This document shows, in pieces, positions 53,401-64,000 of a stretch of 64,000 nt of DNA (position 1 is its first letter; the number at the start of each line of letters is the position of its first letter). The notes under the pieces were generated by a model that saw nothing but the letters and a program-made list of their open reading frames with translations, was not told the origin of the DNA and searched no databases. The stretch spans positions 12,139,222 to 12,203,221 of the forward strand of contig CM082583.2 of assembly GCA_040954595.2 (NCBI GenBank). The letters run 5' to 3'. Source of the stretch: Balanoglossus misakiensis. Lineage: Eukaryota > Animalia > Hemichordata. Position numbers and translations under genes: made by a program.

Positions 53401-54018
53401 CAACAAATAATATGATATTTTTCAATGCACTTATTTTTTCCCCAGTGTGTCTGTGTTGGGACAATTTTCAGTGTTGATAAACACTCAACTCTACTGTCAA
53501 CAACGCATCGTGGTTCTAATATATATGGACATTTTTCCTGTGAAACAGAAATTTCTTTTTTGCAACACACTCGATACTATGCGTACACCTCAAAACAGGC
53601 CACTCAATTAAAATAGCAAACTGGTATGATTTGCCGGTAGACGAACGAAATCGAGAGGCGGTGCCGAAGGAAAAATATTAATTGAAATGTCAAGCGTTAG
53701 TGATAGCCGGCCTCAATGAGGGTCAAAGGTTATCAGAGCAGTATACCCCTACGAGTATTAATTAATCTATTAGTAAGTATTGATAATGAGTGAACGATAA
53801 TCGTAGATCGAAATATCGATAACCATCAGAATGACAATTGTTACGGTAGAAAAACCGGGAGCACACAATGGAGAATGTGGTTCAACAACAGAATATTTAA
53901 ATGAACAACTAGCCTTCTAAAATCAAAAGGTCACACAAAAGAAAATGTTCACTGCGTGTTTTTACCCTGCTTGGTCGAGGAGTTACCGAGTCCACAAAAG
54001 TCCTGGCCGAACTCAAGG

Positions 54019-54147
54019 CACAGAAGTCCGTTGCTGACCAAGTCCGTCATTCACAGAAGCCAGTTGCTCACAGAAGTCCGTTGCTCACACAAAGTCCGTT
54101 GCTCACACAAAATCCGTTGCTCATGAAGTTGGTTGCTCACAGAATCC
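54019..54147. repeat. Minisatellite, about 7.5 copies of a 16-18 bp unit (consensus CACAGAAGTCCGTTGCT)
   Basis: Units end at 54035, 54051, 54068, 54085, 54103, 54121 and 54137; there are no unique spacers. Confidence 0.9.
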
Positions 54148-57100
54148 AGCCCAGCTAGGTAAATTCCTAATTCCCAAGGCGATGTGGAGCTGGAGCTACG
54201 ACAGCTACGTGCTCCTCCGAGTCAGTGTTGAGAAGTGTGCCCCGTGGTTTTTGTGAGAAGGCCTTTTACATGGGTGACCATCTGGTTATTACTAATATTT
54301 AAATGAACTACTTGAAAAGGCAGGGCCCTTTGTTATGCAAAGAAAAGCTACCCCTCTCTCGACCAAGCAACTAAACAGGGTGTGTCGTCGTAACACAATG
54401 TTTTCCCCGTTTGATATTTACAGGGCGTTTTGGGACAGCTTATACTTTTACTACCGGTCAGTTCTTTGGTTTTGTTTTTTAACTATAGGTGATCAGGTGA
54501 GATGACTAAATGATTGATTGATTTATCACTAAGAGGATCCATCTCCCAGTTGGATGGGTGTTTGGCACGACAGACTGATCGATAAGAAGATCGATCGATC
54601 GATTGATCGATCCATTGTGCGACCGACTCCCCGCTGGATGCGAGACTGTTTGGGAGTGGTGCATGCTGGGACGCGTGATCGATCAGAGCGGGGCTTGTTT
54701 CTTCAAACCAGCCAAGGGAGGCTTCGCCGTCCGCTGAGTTTGAAACTGGCCGTCCGGGGCAGCCGACTTGAAAAGCCGCTGGCCTCACACAATCGCCAAT
54801 ACCGCGACCGGGGCGCAAACAAATATAGACACTCATTATAACTGGAACAGCGTGCATTTAGATGGCGGCTTATGAGAAGCGGCCTGTTATCTGTTGTGCA
54901 AATAGAGCAACGGTTTGAATTGGTGCTCATCACAAAAGAGCAAACGTTGATCTAGGCAATAGACCCGATGCGCATTTTTTAGTCACTGAATCATACACTA
55001 AACCTCCTTTATAGAACTCCAAATGTCCTTCCCGCAATTTCGTGTTAAATATTACTACCAAGAGCCCGTGGCGGAAGATGGGCGAAGATGGACCCTACTT
55101 TATCGTCATGGCAACAAATGATGGTACACAAAAGTCTGTGGAAACTGTCGGGAATTTTTTTCCTCCATCTTGACCGTCTCCGTTAAGGCATGGCACGCCC
55201 AATGTACTAAACTTAAGTGGTAGCTATATAACATGTGGCCATACATACAACAGCATTCTCAAAAGCTTCCCGAATTTGCTGTACTATAGCAATTACCGCC
55301 ATGTTTTCATTCAGGCCCGATGTGAAGAAAGAGACTAATACGCGTAACTAATCGCTACCCAAGTGCACAGTTCATATCATGACATCAGATTGATTCTACA
55401 CCTCACAGCAGTTCCTTAAAAACGCCAAAACGGAATACACCACTTCCTGCTGCACACAACTACAACCTGGAATTAAATTCATCATTTTTTTGTTAGAATT
55501 TTCGCTCGGAAATTATCAATTTTCACCCATCGACGCCGATTCATATAATTTGACAAGGTGATAGTAAACGTCGCAGCGAATGAATTGTTAACAGTGTGAG
55601 CGGTTAAGGTCTCTGTGTTTGACGAGATCCCATTTTCTATTCTTCAGTCCGAACAATATTAGCATGTATAGAGCGTTGAGCGGTGTTTCGACAGTAGATC
55701 TATTTCTCAACAGTGCTTGATCTGTTGAATACACACTGTCAGGCGATAGGTCGCGCATACATATGCCTTTCGCCGCACAGGTGTTGAGAGCCTATCCGCG
55801 CGGCCGTGACTTCATCATCCGTCTGAGGCAGGTGACAATTGGTAGCCTAGGCGGGGTCAGTTTGCATTTTGCTGTTATTCAATTAACACCATATTGATAG
55901 CTGTTACAAGATACGGCCAGTTTAATACTGATCTCGCCAGCAGAAAACGCTGGAGTTTTTTTCTGGTTAATACAGTGTGCCCACTGCCTATATACGCAGG
56001 TAATCTTCTGTCAGTTTTGCGATTCATTATTTGCCGAACTCACTTTTGATCCAGCAATCTTCGATCAACTCGACAAACAAACATTTGTGAGGCCGGTGAC
56101 GACGGACTGGCGTCTTTATCTGGCCGTCTTTAGAAATGGCACGTACGGCCGTTTGTTGCCCGGTAAAGCTATAGAGTGGCCAGGCCAGATGGTGGACCAT
56201 GGCATGTCAAGTACAGCGGCGAACTTAGTCACACCTGGTCACCAAAGATCCACTTCAGTTATGTTTGCTCTGTCAATTTATTTAGAAGATTGTATTTCCA
56301 CCGACCAAACAGTTACCCCGCCTAGTTTTTTCGCCTGCTACGCGGTCGCAGCCAGCCGAAATTCGGGATCCCCCCGGCAGAGGAATGAAAAGTTCGCCGC
56401 GCATCTGATGACGTATAATATAAAGTGCAGGAGTCACCACCGAACACATGCCGGTGTAATGTACGGTTTAATGTCCTCGTGGGTTTGGCCCCGTAATGTA
56501 TACATCGCAATAAAACAGAAAATTGTTTGTTTCCTTGGCAATCAAACGGCGGTGTGGTGAGACATTGAGATGCTAATAAGGTGCGTGTGCAGCGGCGACT
56601 TTTTGTCAGTTTCAAAGTGAAAGTCACCACATGATTGGCAAGCGTGAAATAAACAAAAGAGTGGCTAAACGATTGGTCGCATGTTCATTCAGCGCGGTTT
56701 CGCCAAAATTACTTAGCAGATATAACGATGCTATTAGGAATAAGATTGGGCCGTTTTATTGGAAAATATGGACACTCTGGACGCGTTTAACGCTCTGGTT
56801 TTCTAATTATCGCTACAGAAGAGAGAGGGGGGAAGAGAGAGAGACGGAGAGAGAGCAGAGTAAAGTTTGACTCTTCGGAGAACTCTAATGAACACAATAT
56901 AGATGGTGGGCTTTTGCTTTGAGCGGCAAACATTGGCCTATTCTTACGAGCTATTAAGCACGGGTCTGTACGGAAGTGCACTTCCTAGGGTCTTCGGCGT
57001 ATTAAGTTATCGGTGCAGTCAGAGGCTACAGTTAGATTGCGACCCTAATTTGCCCTAATGTAATATCTATGTGGGCAAATTGGCCCCGCCGTAGAAACAA

Positions 57101-60100
57101 ATAGGCAGGGTCCATCAGCACTACTTGCGTGAGTTTCCGATACACAAATAGTGAGTCTGCCCGTGTAACTTGCATTACCTGTTAAAAAACAGGGTGTCTG
57201 TGATGACGGCGCATCTTTGAAGCTGTGTTACAATACCACAGCTCTTTCTACTGAAAAAAAGAAAGAGCTATAATCTAAGTGCACTCTTCGTTTTAAACCC
57301 CGAGATCGAAAAACTCCACATTACGGCTAATTTGCTGTTTTATTTCCAAATGCACCCCTAAATCAGAATATCAATATAGACCCAAGGAGCTTGACTCGGA
57401 ATCGACTGACGCGACACGGCCGGGGCTTTTTAGCAAATTAACCAACGGCATTTCGACTTCTCCTTGCGATTGCATTGAAAATTGGTGAATGGCGCGAGCA
57501 ACGGCGTTTCTTTGTGTTTTCAATTTGCGTGTCACACAAGCAGATGATTTCAATGCAACCGGGAAATACGATTTCCAAATATTGATGTGCTCGGCTGAAA
57601 TACATCTCGAGGTGAATTCGTCACGTTCCGTTCAATCTAGCTTTTTCTCGTGCGCGTAATCAACTCCTCTCTAAGACGTGTATAGCAACGGAGCACCGAA
57701 TCGAACTCGCGGCTTAAATATTTTAAAAGAGACTCCTTTTCAAATAACGGACCAAGAGAAATGGTAAACTCCGGTGAGACAGGTGCATTGTGGGAGATCT
57801 AAATAAAGGGAAAGGAATTTGCTCCCGCGTACGCAGAGAACAGGAGCGACTATGTGTGTTTTCTTTTTGTCAATTAGGTGATATTGATAAGCACGCAATA
57901 CTCAATGAAAGCCTCCAAAATCCATATCATTCAATGGTTGATGTTATTTTAGTCACTATTGAACTTTGCGTGAGTAAATATTGGGTTTCGACTGACTCCG
58001 CAGAATATCCTGTGTGTTATTTGGCTTGCACTTACACACACACAGGTTTAAGGTGATGTATAGGGAGGGAGTTTGGCTTGGCAAGTAAAACAGGCATAGA
58101 TCGTGACTCACAGCGTGGGGATGTTGGTAGTTTATGAAATGGTTAACACGTTGGAAGGGAAAAGGCACGTGATGTGACAGGAATTGGGAACTTTAGACGA
58201 TTGTGTCCGACATGGACCTTCAGTTGTTGTGATTGACAATTTTTTTTAATGTTTTAATCAAGGTACTTGAGGTTTGTCTAGCGTGTGTGTGTTTTGTTCC
58301 TCGTCATGTCTCTTCCGCGCGGCGTTTGTGTGTGTGAAAAGGGGTAGAAAACAAACACCCCCCGTTCCAACGTCCCCCTCGGGGAGATTCAGAGTAGCGG
58401 AAGGAATTGGGGGCAGCTCGGTCACTCTTTAAGTTCTTGGCAGTCACAAAAACCGCCCTTGTTACTGAATTGTGGTATTTTTGTTCTGTTACTCACGTCT
58501 GAGTGACACTGTGTATGTAGGTGGCACAGTCTCCGCACCGATAGATGATCTACGCAGGCGCGCTTTAGGATTAAAGGGGCAATGCACCGTGATTATCTTC
58601 TGACATTACTAGTATTTTTTGGAAGTCATCTATGCTTGTAAGGAGTCCGATTGTGGTCACTAACACATCGATACAAACTACAAACCATTCCCGCCTCAGT
58701 TTGATGCATACAGGTAGACTATGCCATTTGTCATGTGCAGAGCAAATGAGCGAGTTTGTTTGTTTTTTGTCTCATATGACAAATTTGACGGTACCTCCCA
58801 CATACGTCGAACGGGTCTTGTTTTTGAATAATGCATCTCATCTTCGCTCGACGGTAACTCGGTGTGGAGGGGTTCCTTGTGATGAACGATGCCGTTTGGA
58901 ACATAATTTTTATTTTCGGCGCGCGTTGATTTGTAGGCTTGTTAAAATCGCGACTGTCACTTGAATTGAAGATGACACTTCTCTACAACTGCCAAATGAT
59001 TCGCTCCACTGTGCTTCGAGAATGCCTGCCCTGTTTAATCACACTTTGCATAGACTTTTGTCCGATGTGTTTCGCGGTAACAAATCACTCGAGTCTGTTG
59101 ACGTGGCGGTTGTTTGGTCCCTCGACTTCCTCCGGGGGTATTTCAATCCAAAAAGACCGTTGCAGCTTCATCGCTCGCTGCTGGGCCTAGCCTAGGCGCA
59201 GTTTGCGCGCTCAAAATGTAAAAATATCCAAATGAGGGCGTGGCCAAATCTTCCGCCATCTACGTGCCAGCGAGGGCGAGTGTCGCTGACGGAGAAGGCT
59301 TTGGCGACTGCGACGCGGCAGAAATTCTGTTTCACGTTGATTACAGCTCAATCCAGGGATGAAACGCACTTGTGTTGGCGGTTTAGCGTGAAACGGAAGA
59401 TTGTTGTGAAGTGTGAATGCCATCGTCACACAGTGCAAACAAACCTCCCGGTATCAGATCAGAGTGCGTAATACAGCGGCTGTGTTTTTCTTCTGTCTCA
59501 GCGGGGTATGGGGAACTGTTATCCACTTAGTACGTCTGTCTGCTCGTCAGGTCACCTAACGGGGACGTCAAAACCAAGTTGAAACGGACCCACGCTGTGT
59601 TGCGTGCGTCCCCTACCTTGACCCGCGGTTATTAAACCATGCCTCCCGGTAAAAAACGTGGCCAACCTCTTGTGGACGCATTGGCACTCATGACCGCCCC
59701 GCATCTTAGTAAACCGCCTAATCCCCACGCCAATCCACGGCAAATCCGTCGTGCTGGATTTCAACGCACTAACCGGTTTCTGCCGCTCACTCCGACGATA
59801 AGGGGGCTTACACTGCTTTAAAAACGCGCTTAAGGTAATGATTCGCATTTAAGATGCCTTATTGAGACGTATCACATAAATGTATTTCATTAAATCTGCC
59901 GCAGAAAAAATATAAAAAGAGGAAAGTCTTATAAGGTGGCCGGGTGCATTACTGGGGTCACCCTGTAAAGGTGCGAGGTTCTTTGGAACTAATCTCAGGT
60001 CTCATTGGTAACTTTCTTCCCGTTGAGAATTCTGTAAATAGATGGAGGCTAGCAAGTAGCGGGACCATACAAAGACCTACAACACAATGCAGACTCGCTC

Positions 60101-61330
60101 TATCACCTTCAGTGTGTAAAGTGTTATGCCTTTCTATTAATCTACTGAATACGGCAATCGATTGAAAGGCCCGTGTAAAGTCAACATCGCTCAATGAAAT
60201 TGTCACTTTCGTCTTCGGCTCGAGATATCCTCCCCTCTTTATTCAGGCCAGTCACAATAAATCGTTCGTCGGACATTTTTTGTAAATAAGAAAAATTCAA
60301 TAATTACATAGCCGCGCGTTGTGTCGTGATTTGCAAGCTCGTTTGAAAAGCGCACCGATTAGAAAATGCAATTTTGCAGCCGGACAATAGGATAAAAAAC
60401 ATACAAAGAGGGGTTTTCTATCCAACTCCATAGACTTGTCATTAGTCCAGCGACATGGGAAATATACACTACTCATACTATAGATAAAAGCTTCTGGGCA
60501 TTCTGAATTTCGGGGAGAAACGGTAAAGGGGGAGGTGGTGAAGCTTTTTTCCTCTTTTCGCCCAGGTACATCCCCAAAGAAATGAAAACTAGTTTCAATA
60601 TTGAAACTCGAAAAAAAAGTTCCCGCCGTTGCTCTGCCCCTATCTCCGTATAGCTGCGTATCGTTGCCATAGCTCCCAATAAATTTCGCCTATTACGTTT
60701 GTGTACAAACTATTTAAATTGTATATCTTTTATTTATTTTTAACCTTGTCAAGTAAAAAGGTGCGAATCAATACATATTAACGCCTCCCGCGTGATTGAC
60801 ATGTGCTAATGAGACACAATCGCATTAATAAAACTCACTACAGGGGGCAGTACATATGTCAACACGTCGACAGGCTCCTTTCACATACACCCCAGTCACT
60901 TTACCTAACAATAGCGAGTAGGTCTCCCAGCCTCATAGTGAATCACCCATTTATCTCGATAGCCCGACTCGATGGAGGTGGTTGCGGGCAAAAACACAAC
61001 AGTCTGCAAAAGTGGATGAAGAAGGGCTGGCCGTCTGATCCGAAGGAAGCGGACCCCAGCGATTGTCAACCGCCGGTGCCAGTTCAAGTTGAACCGGGAA
61101 GATCCCGTGCGAAGCGTCGACTCGGTGAACACCTGCGTGCTGCGTCCAAACCACCGTTGTTTTTTTGGTGAGTTAACTAAGTGAGTGAGTGGCCCAGAAG
61201 GTGATAGCTGCCGAGCGTACATACACACACACGCACACACATGGTGGTGTTGGTGTATGCTACGAACTGATAGTCAAAGCCAAATTCGCACAATCCACGC
61301 AGCTGAGGAGGAGAAGGAAAAAACATTAGC

Positions 61331-62308
61331 ATGCCTCGACCGGGTCGAAACAGCTACAGCGAGGCCAAGCCGCCGTATTCGTATATCGCGTTGACGGCGA
61401 TGGCCATCCAGAGTTCGCAGGAAAAAATGCTGCCACTCAGTGACATCTACAAATTTATAATGGACCGATTTCCTTTCTATCGGAAGAACACTCAACGATG
61501 GCAAAACTCGCTACGACACAATCTCTCCTTCAACGACTGTTTCATCAAGATTCCGCGACGGCCCGACCGACCGGGAAAGGGAAGCTACTGGGCGCTGCAT
61601 CCGTTCTGCGGGGACATGTTCGAGAACGGTAGCTTTCTACGGCGGAGAAAGCGATTCAAATCGCCTAACCTGCAGGCCCAGTTTGCCCAGATACAGTCGG
61701 CAATGGCTGCCGAACAAATACCGATGAAGCCCACCGACCCGTCAGTGTTTTTCCAAGAACAGGCCAAAATGCGCTTCTCGGCGCTCGGTCCCGGCTCACA
61801 CTTCCAGGGCTACCCGAACATAAACGCTGCAGCTTTCAAGCAACCTTTTACCATAGAGAACATCATGGCACCAGATTATAAAGGACCGCCGATGATCTCG
61901 AACCAGCCCCTGGTACCACCGATCACTATGGGCGGATTTGCCGCCCTACCGAACGGCACGACGTGGCCTAGTTCGGTCTACTCGAACTGCAACAACCTAG
62001 AATCGTGCCAAATTAACCACACGAACAACGACTATCAGTTCGCCAATGCCTGCTCGTCGCTGAAGCCGCCGTTCAACCAGACGCCGACACTACCGCTGCC
62101 AATCAAGCCGACCATCCACGGAGTTGGTCCCTTAGCCTCCAATTCTGCCGTCCCCGCCGCCCACAGCCACACGGGAGCCCTGGTTCCCGCAGCCTCGACG
62201 ACGTTAGCGGGACACCCCCACCATCATGTTGGACACGTTCATGTTAGCAGCCAGAACTCTACCATCACCACCAGTACACTCATGCCTTCGCTGAATCATC
62301 CTCGCTGA
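61331..62308 (+). CDS. FoxB: Forkhead box protein B (325 aa), single coding exon
   Basis: FoxB-type N-terminus [19 protein letters not shown]; forkhead domain [70 protein letters not shown]; eh1 motif FTIENIM at 61847-61867. Confidence 0.98.
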   Translation: MPRPGRNSYSEAKPPYSYIALTAMAIQSSQEKMLPLSDIYKFIMDRFPFYRKNTQRWQNSLRHNLSFNDCFIKIPRRPDRPGKGSYWALHPFCGDMFENGSFLRRRKRFKSPNLQAQFAQIQSAMAAEQIPMKPTDPSVFFQEQAKMRFSALGPGSHFQGYPNINAAAFKQPFTIENIMAPDYKGPPMISNQPLVPPITMGGFAALPNGTTWPSSVYSNCNNLESCQINHTNNDYQFANACSSLKPPFNQTPTLPLPIKPTIHGVGPLASNSAVPAAHSHTGALVPAASTTLAGHPHHHVGHVHVSSQNSTITTSTLMPSLNHPR

Positions 62309-64000
62309 CCGAGTTCAAGTTCAGCCTCCATTGTTGTTGTTGCATTCTGACACAACCCCCGGGACGGGAGAGAGACAAAATAACTGGTGCGTTTTTATTC
62401 ATCTGTACATAAACGTTTGTGTATAACATTGTCATTTGGTAACTATTTACTCTGTTTATTATGACTTCTTGATTATCGAGTCAACCGTGTATTTAAAAAA
62501 ACAAAATTGTTCATACCACGGGGTTTCCTTGTATGTCAAGTTCAAGGCAGGGTAGAGTTGCGTAGCTGCATTAAAAATTGGGGTTTCAATCACTAACGGA
62601 ATGCATCCAAAACCTTATTTTCCGCAACCAAAATACACTCTCCAATCATGACTGGCTCTTTTGGTTTCTCAGATTTTTATTGAGTCAATTGGTTGCTTTG
62701 CTTGTAGTTGTTTGGAATCTTGCAACTGAGGGGAAGAAAGAGTGAGCTTATGAGGGAAAAAATTCTATATATTACTTTATGAGAAAGTGGGTGTCAGGAC
62801 GATTATATGAGTGAAGGGGAAAGAATTAAGAATAATCTCTGGTAAGGAATTGTTAGTTAAGTAGGCGCTGAGCAGTAGTATCGTTGGCAAGAGTGTTTGT
62901 TTTATGTATCTGTGCAACAAACAATCGAGAGAGATGTGTTTTTCACTCCCCCACGGGATGACCCAGGCGACGTGTGTGCTTTATTTTCTCTCTCACACAC
63001 ACGCAGACACAAAACGGTCATTGTGTGAAATCCGCCGGATTTGCTCTGAAATTCCGGGGTGAGATAGACACGCGTAGGGCAGAATTTACAGGAATTATTG
63101 CATTAGGCGAAGTTAGCCCCTTGTGAGGATATTATAATGTCATTTGTCGTCAACCAAACACTGAGAGCATATACAGCAATAAGCCGCCGTATCATGTCCT
63201 TGCGTATTCCCATGTAAATCGCGTCTTCCTTTGAATTCGCTTTCCCAAATCATTGCCAAACTAATGCACATTTCAATCGAAATCGACAAGGAAATCCGCT
63301 GTCTTGGAAAATTTGCTTTGCACAATCTCACAGCGGACACAGTTATTATAGAACAAGCGTAGAAGTGCTTCAGATTTATACTATTTAGGATATTTTCTTT
63401 GATTTTTATTATTTGGCGAATTATCCTGTCTGGGTTTTTACACACCGATTCTATGTTTTCCTATAGTGATTCAAAAGATTTAATTGTTGTAAACAAACGA
63501 GGCTCGCTTTTAGTGAGCTCAAATAATGTGTCACCTCCCTGATTATGTCTTCTTACTACCATTCAAATTCTCGAAGACCAGTGAATAAATCTATAGAATA
63601 TACCATGTCGTGTTTCCAAATTCGAAATCGTGCTGTTTTTTTAGTGTTTCTTGCTAAGAGATATTTTCATGTTGCATGGTGTGTGGCGTTTTGTGAAAGA
63701 GGTCTCCCTTGGTGGGGTGTGTGTTAGCTTGACTAACATGCAGTGGCTGCAACGCCATTTGTATTGACGTCGGGTATTGGGCGCTGTAAATACGAGGCAT
63801 CGACTTCATCTTCTGTCGCTTATTTTTCCGCCCTATTTAACGCCGCTAACCGCGCTACGTGTCCCCCACATGGATGCTCTAGCAGACTAAACGAGCGATT
63901 CTCTCAGTGGCAAGCACCGTGTTTTTTGAGGGAACCGTCACGCGATTGTAGTAATTAAGCACGGACATCTAAATGCAAATTCAACGTCGCACTCTACTCC

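Noticed and set aside
54019-54147. Repeat array considered as CRISPR-like
   Set aside because: Head-to-tail units without unique spacers, eukaryotic context and no cas genes.

Overview
Animal genomic DNA, probably an invertebrate deuterostome (inferred from FoxB/nAChR sequence style, undepleted CpG and short GT-AG introns). From left to right: (1) two tail-to-tail genes with single-exon CDSs (445 aa on +, 806 aa on -) encoding Lys/Ser-rich, probably disordered proteins that I cannot assign to a family. They share a distinctive N-terminal motif (A[LM]QGSM[LM]AYTxRxxEL), two weaker colinear blocks and a C-terminal PP1-docking-type KKV[KR]F motif, and lie among several RFX X-box-like sites. (2) A 9-exon nicotinic acetylcholine receptor alpha subunit gene (alpha7/alpha9-10 class, about 568 aa as assembled by hand) with a GC-AG intron and an unusual Ser/Thr-rich N-terminal extension built from three frame-preserving microexons. 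(3) About 42 kb without recognisable coding sequence, containing a solo LTR with a 4-bp target-site duplication, a truncated copy of it, a minisatellite-bearing element, microsatellites and enhancer-like motif clusters. (4) An intronless FoxB CDS with an eh1 motif. Most other ORFs in the supplied track are antisense shadows or chance ORFs. No tRNA, rRNA or CRISPR array was found.
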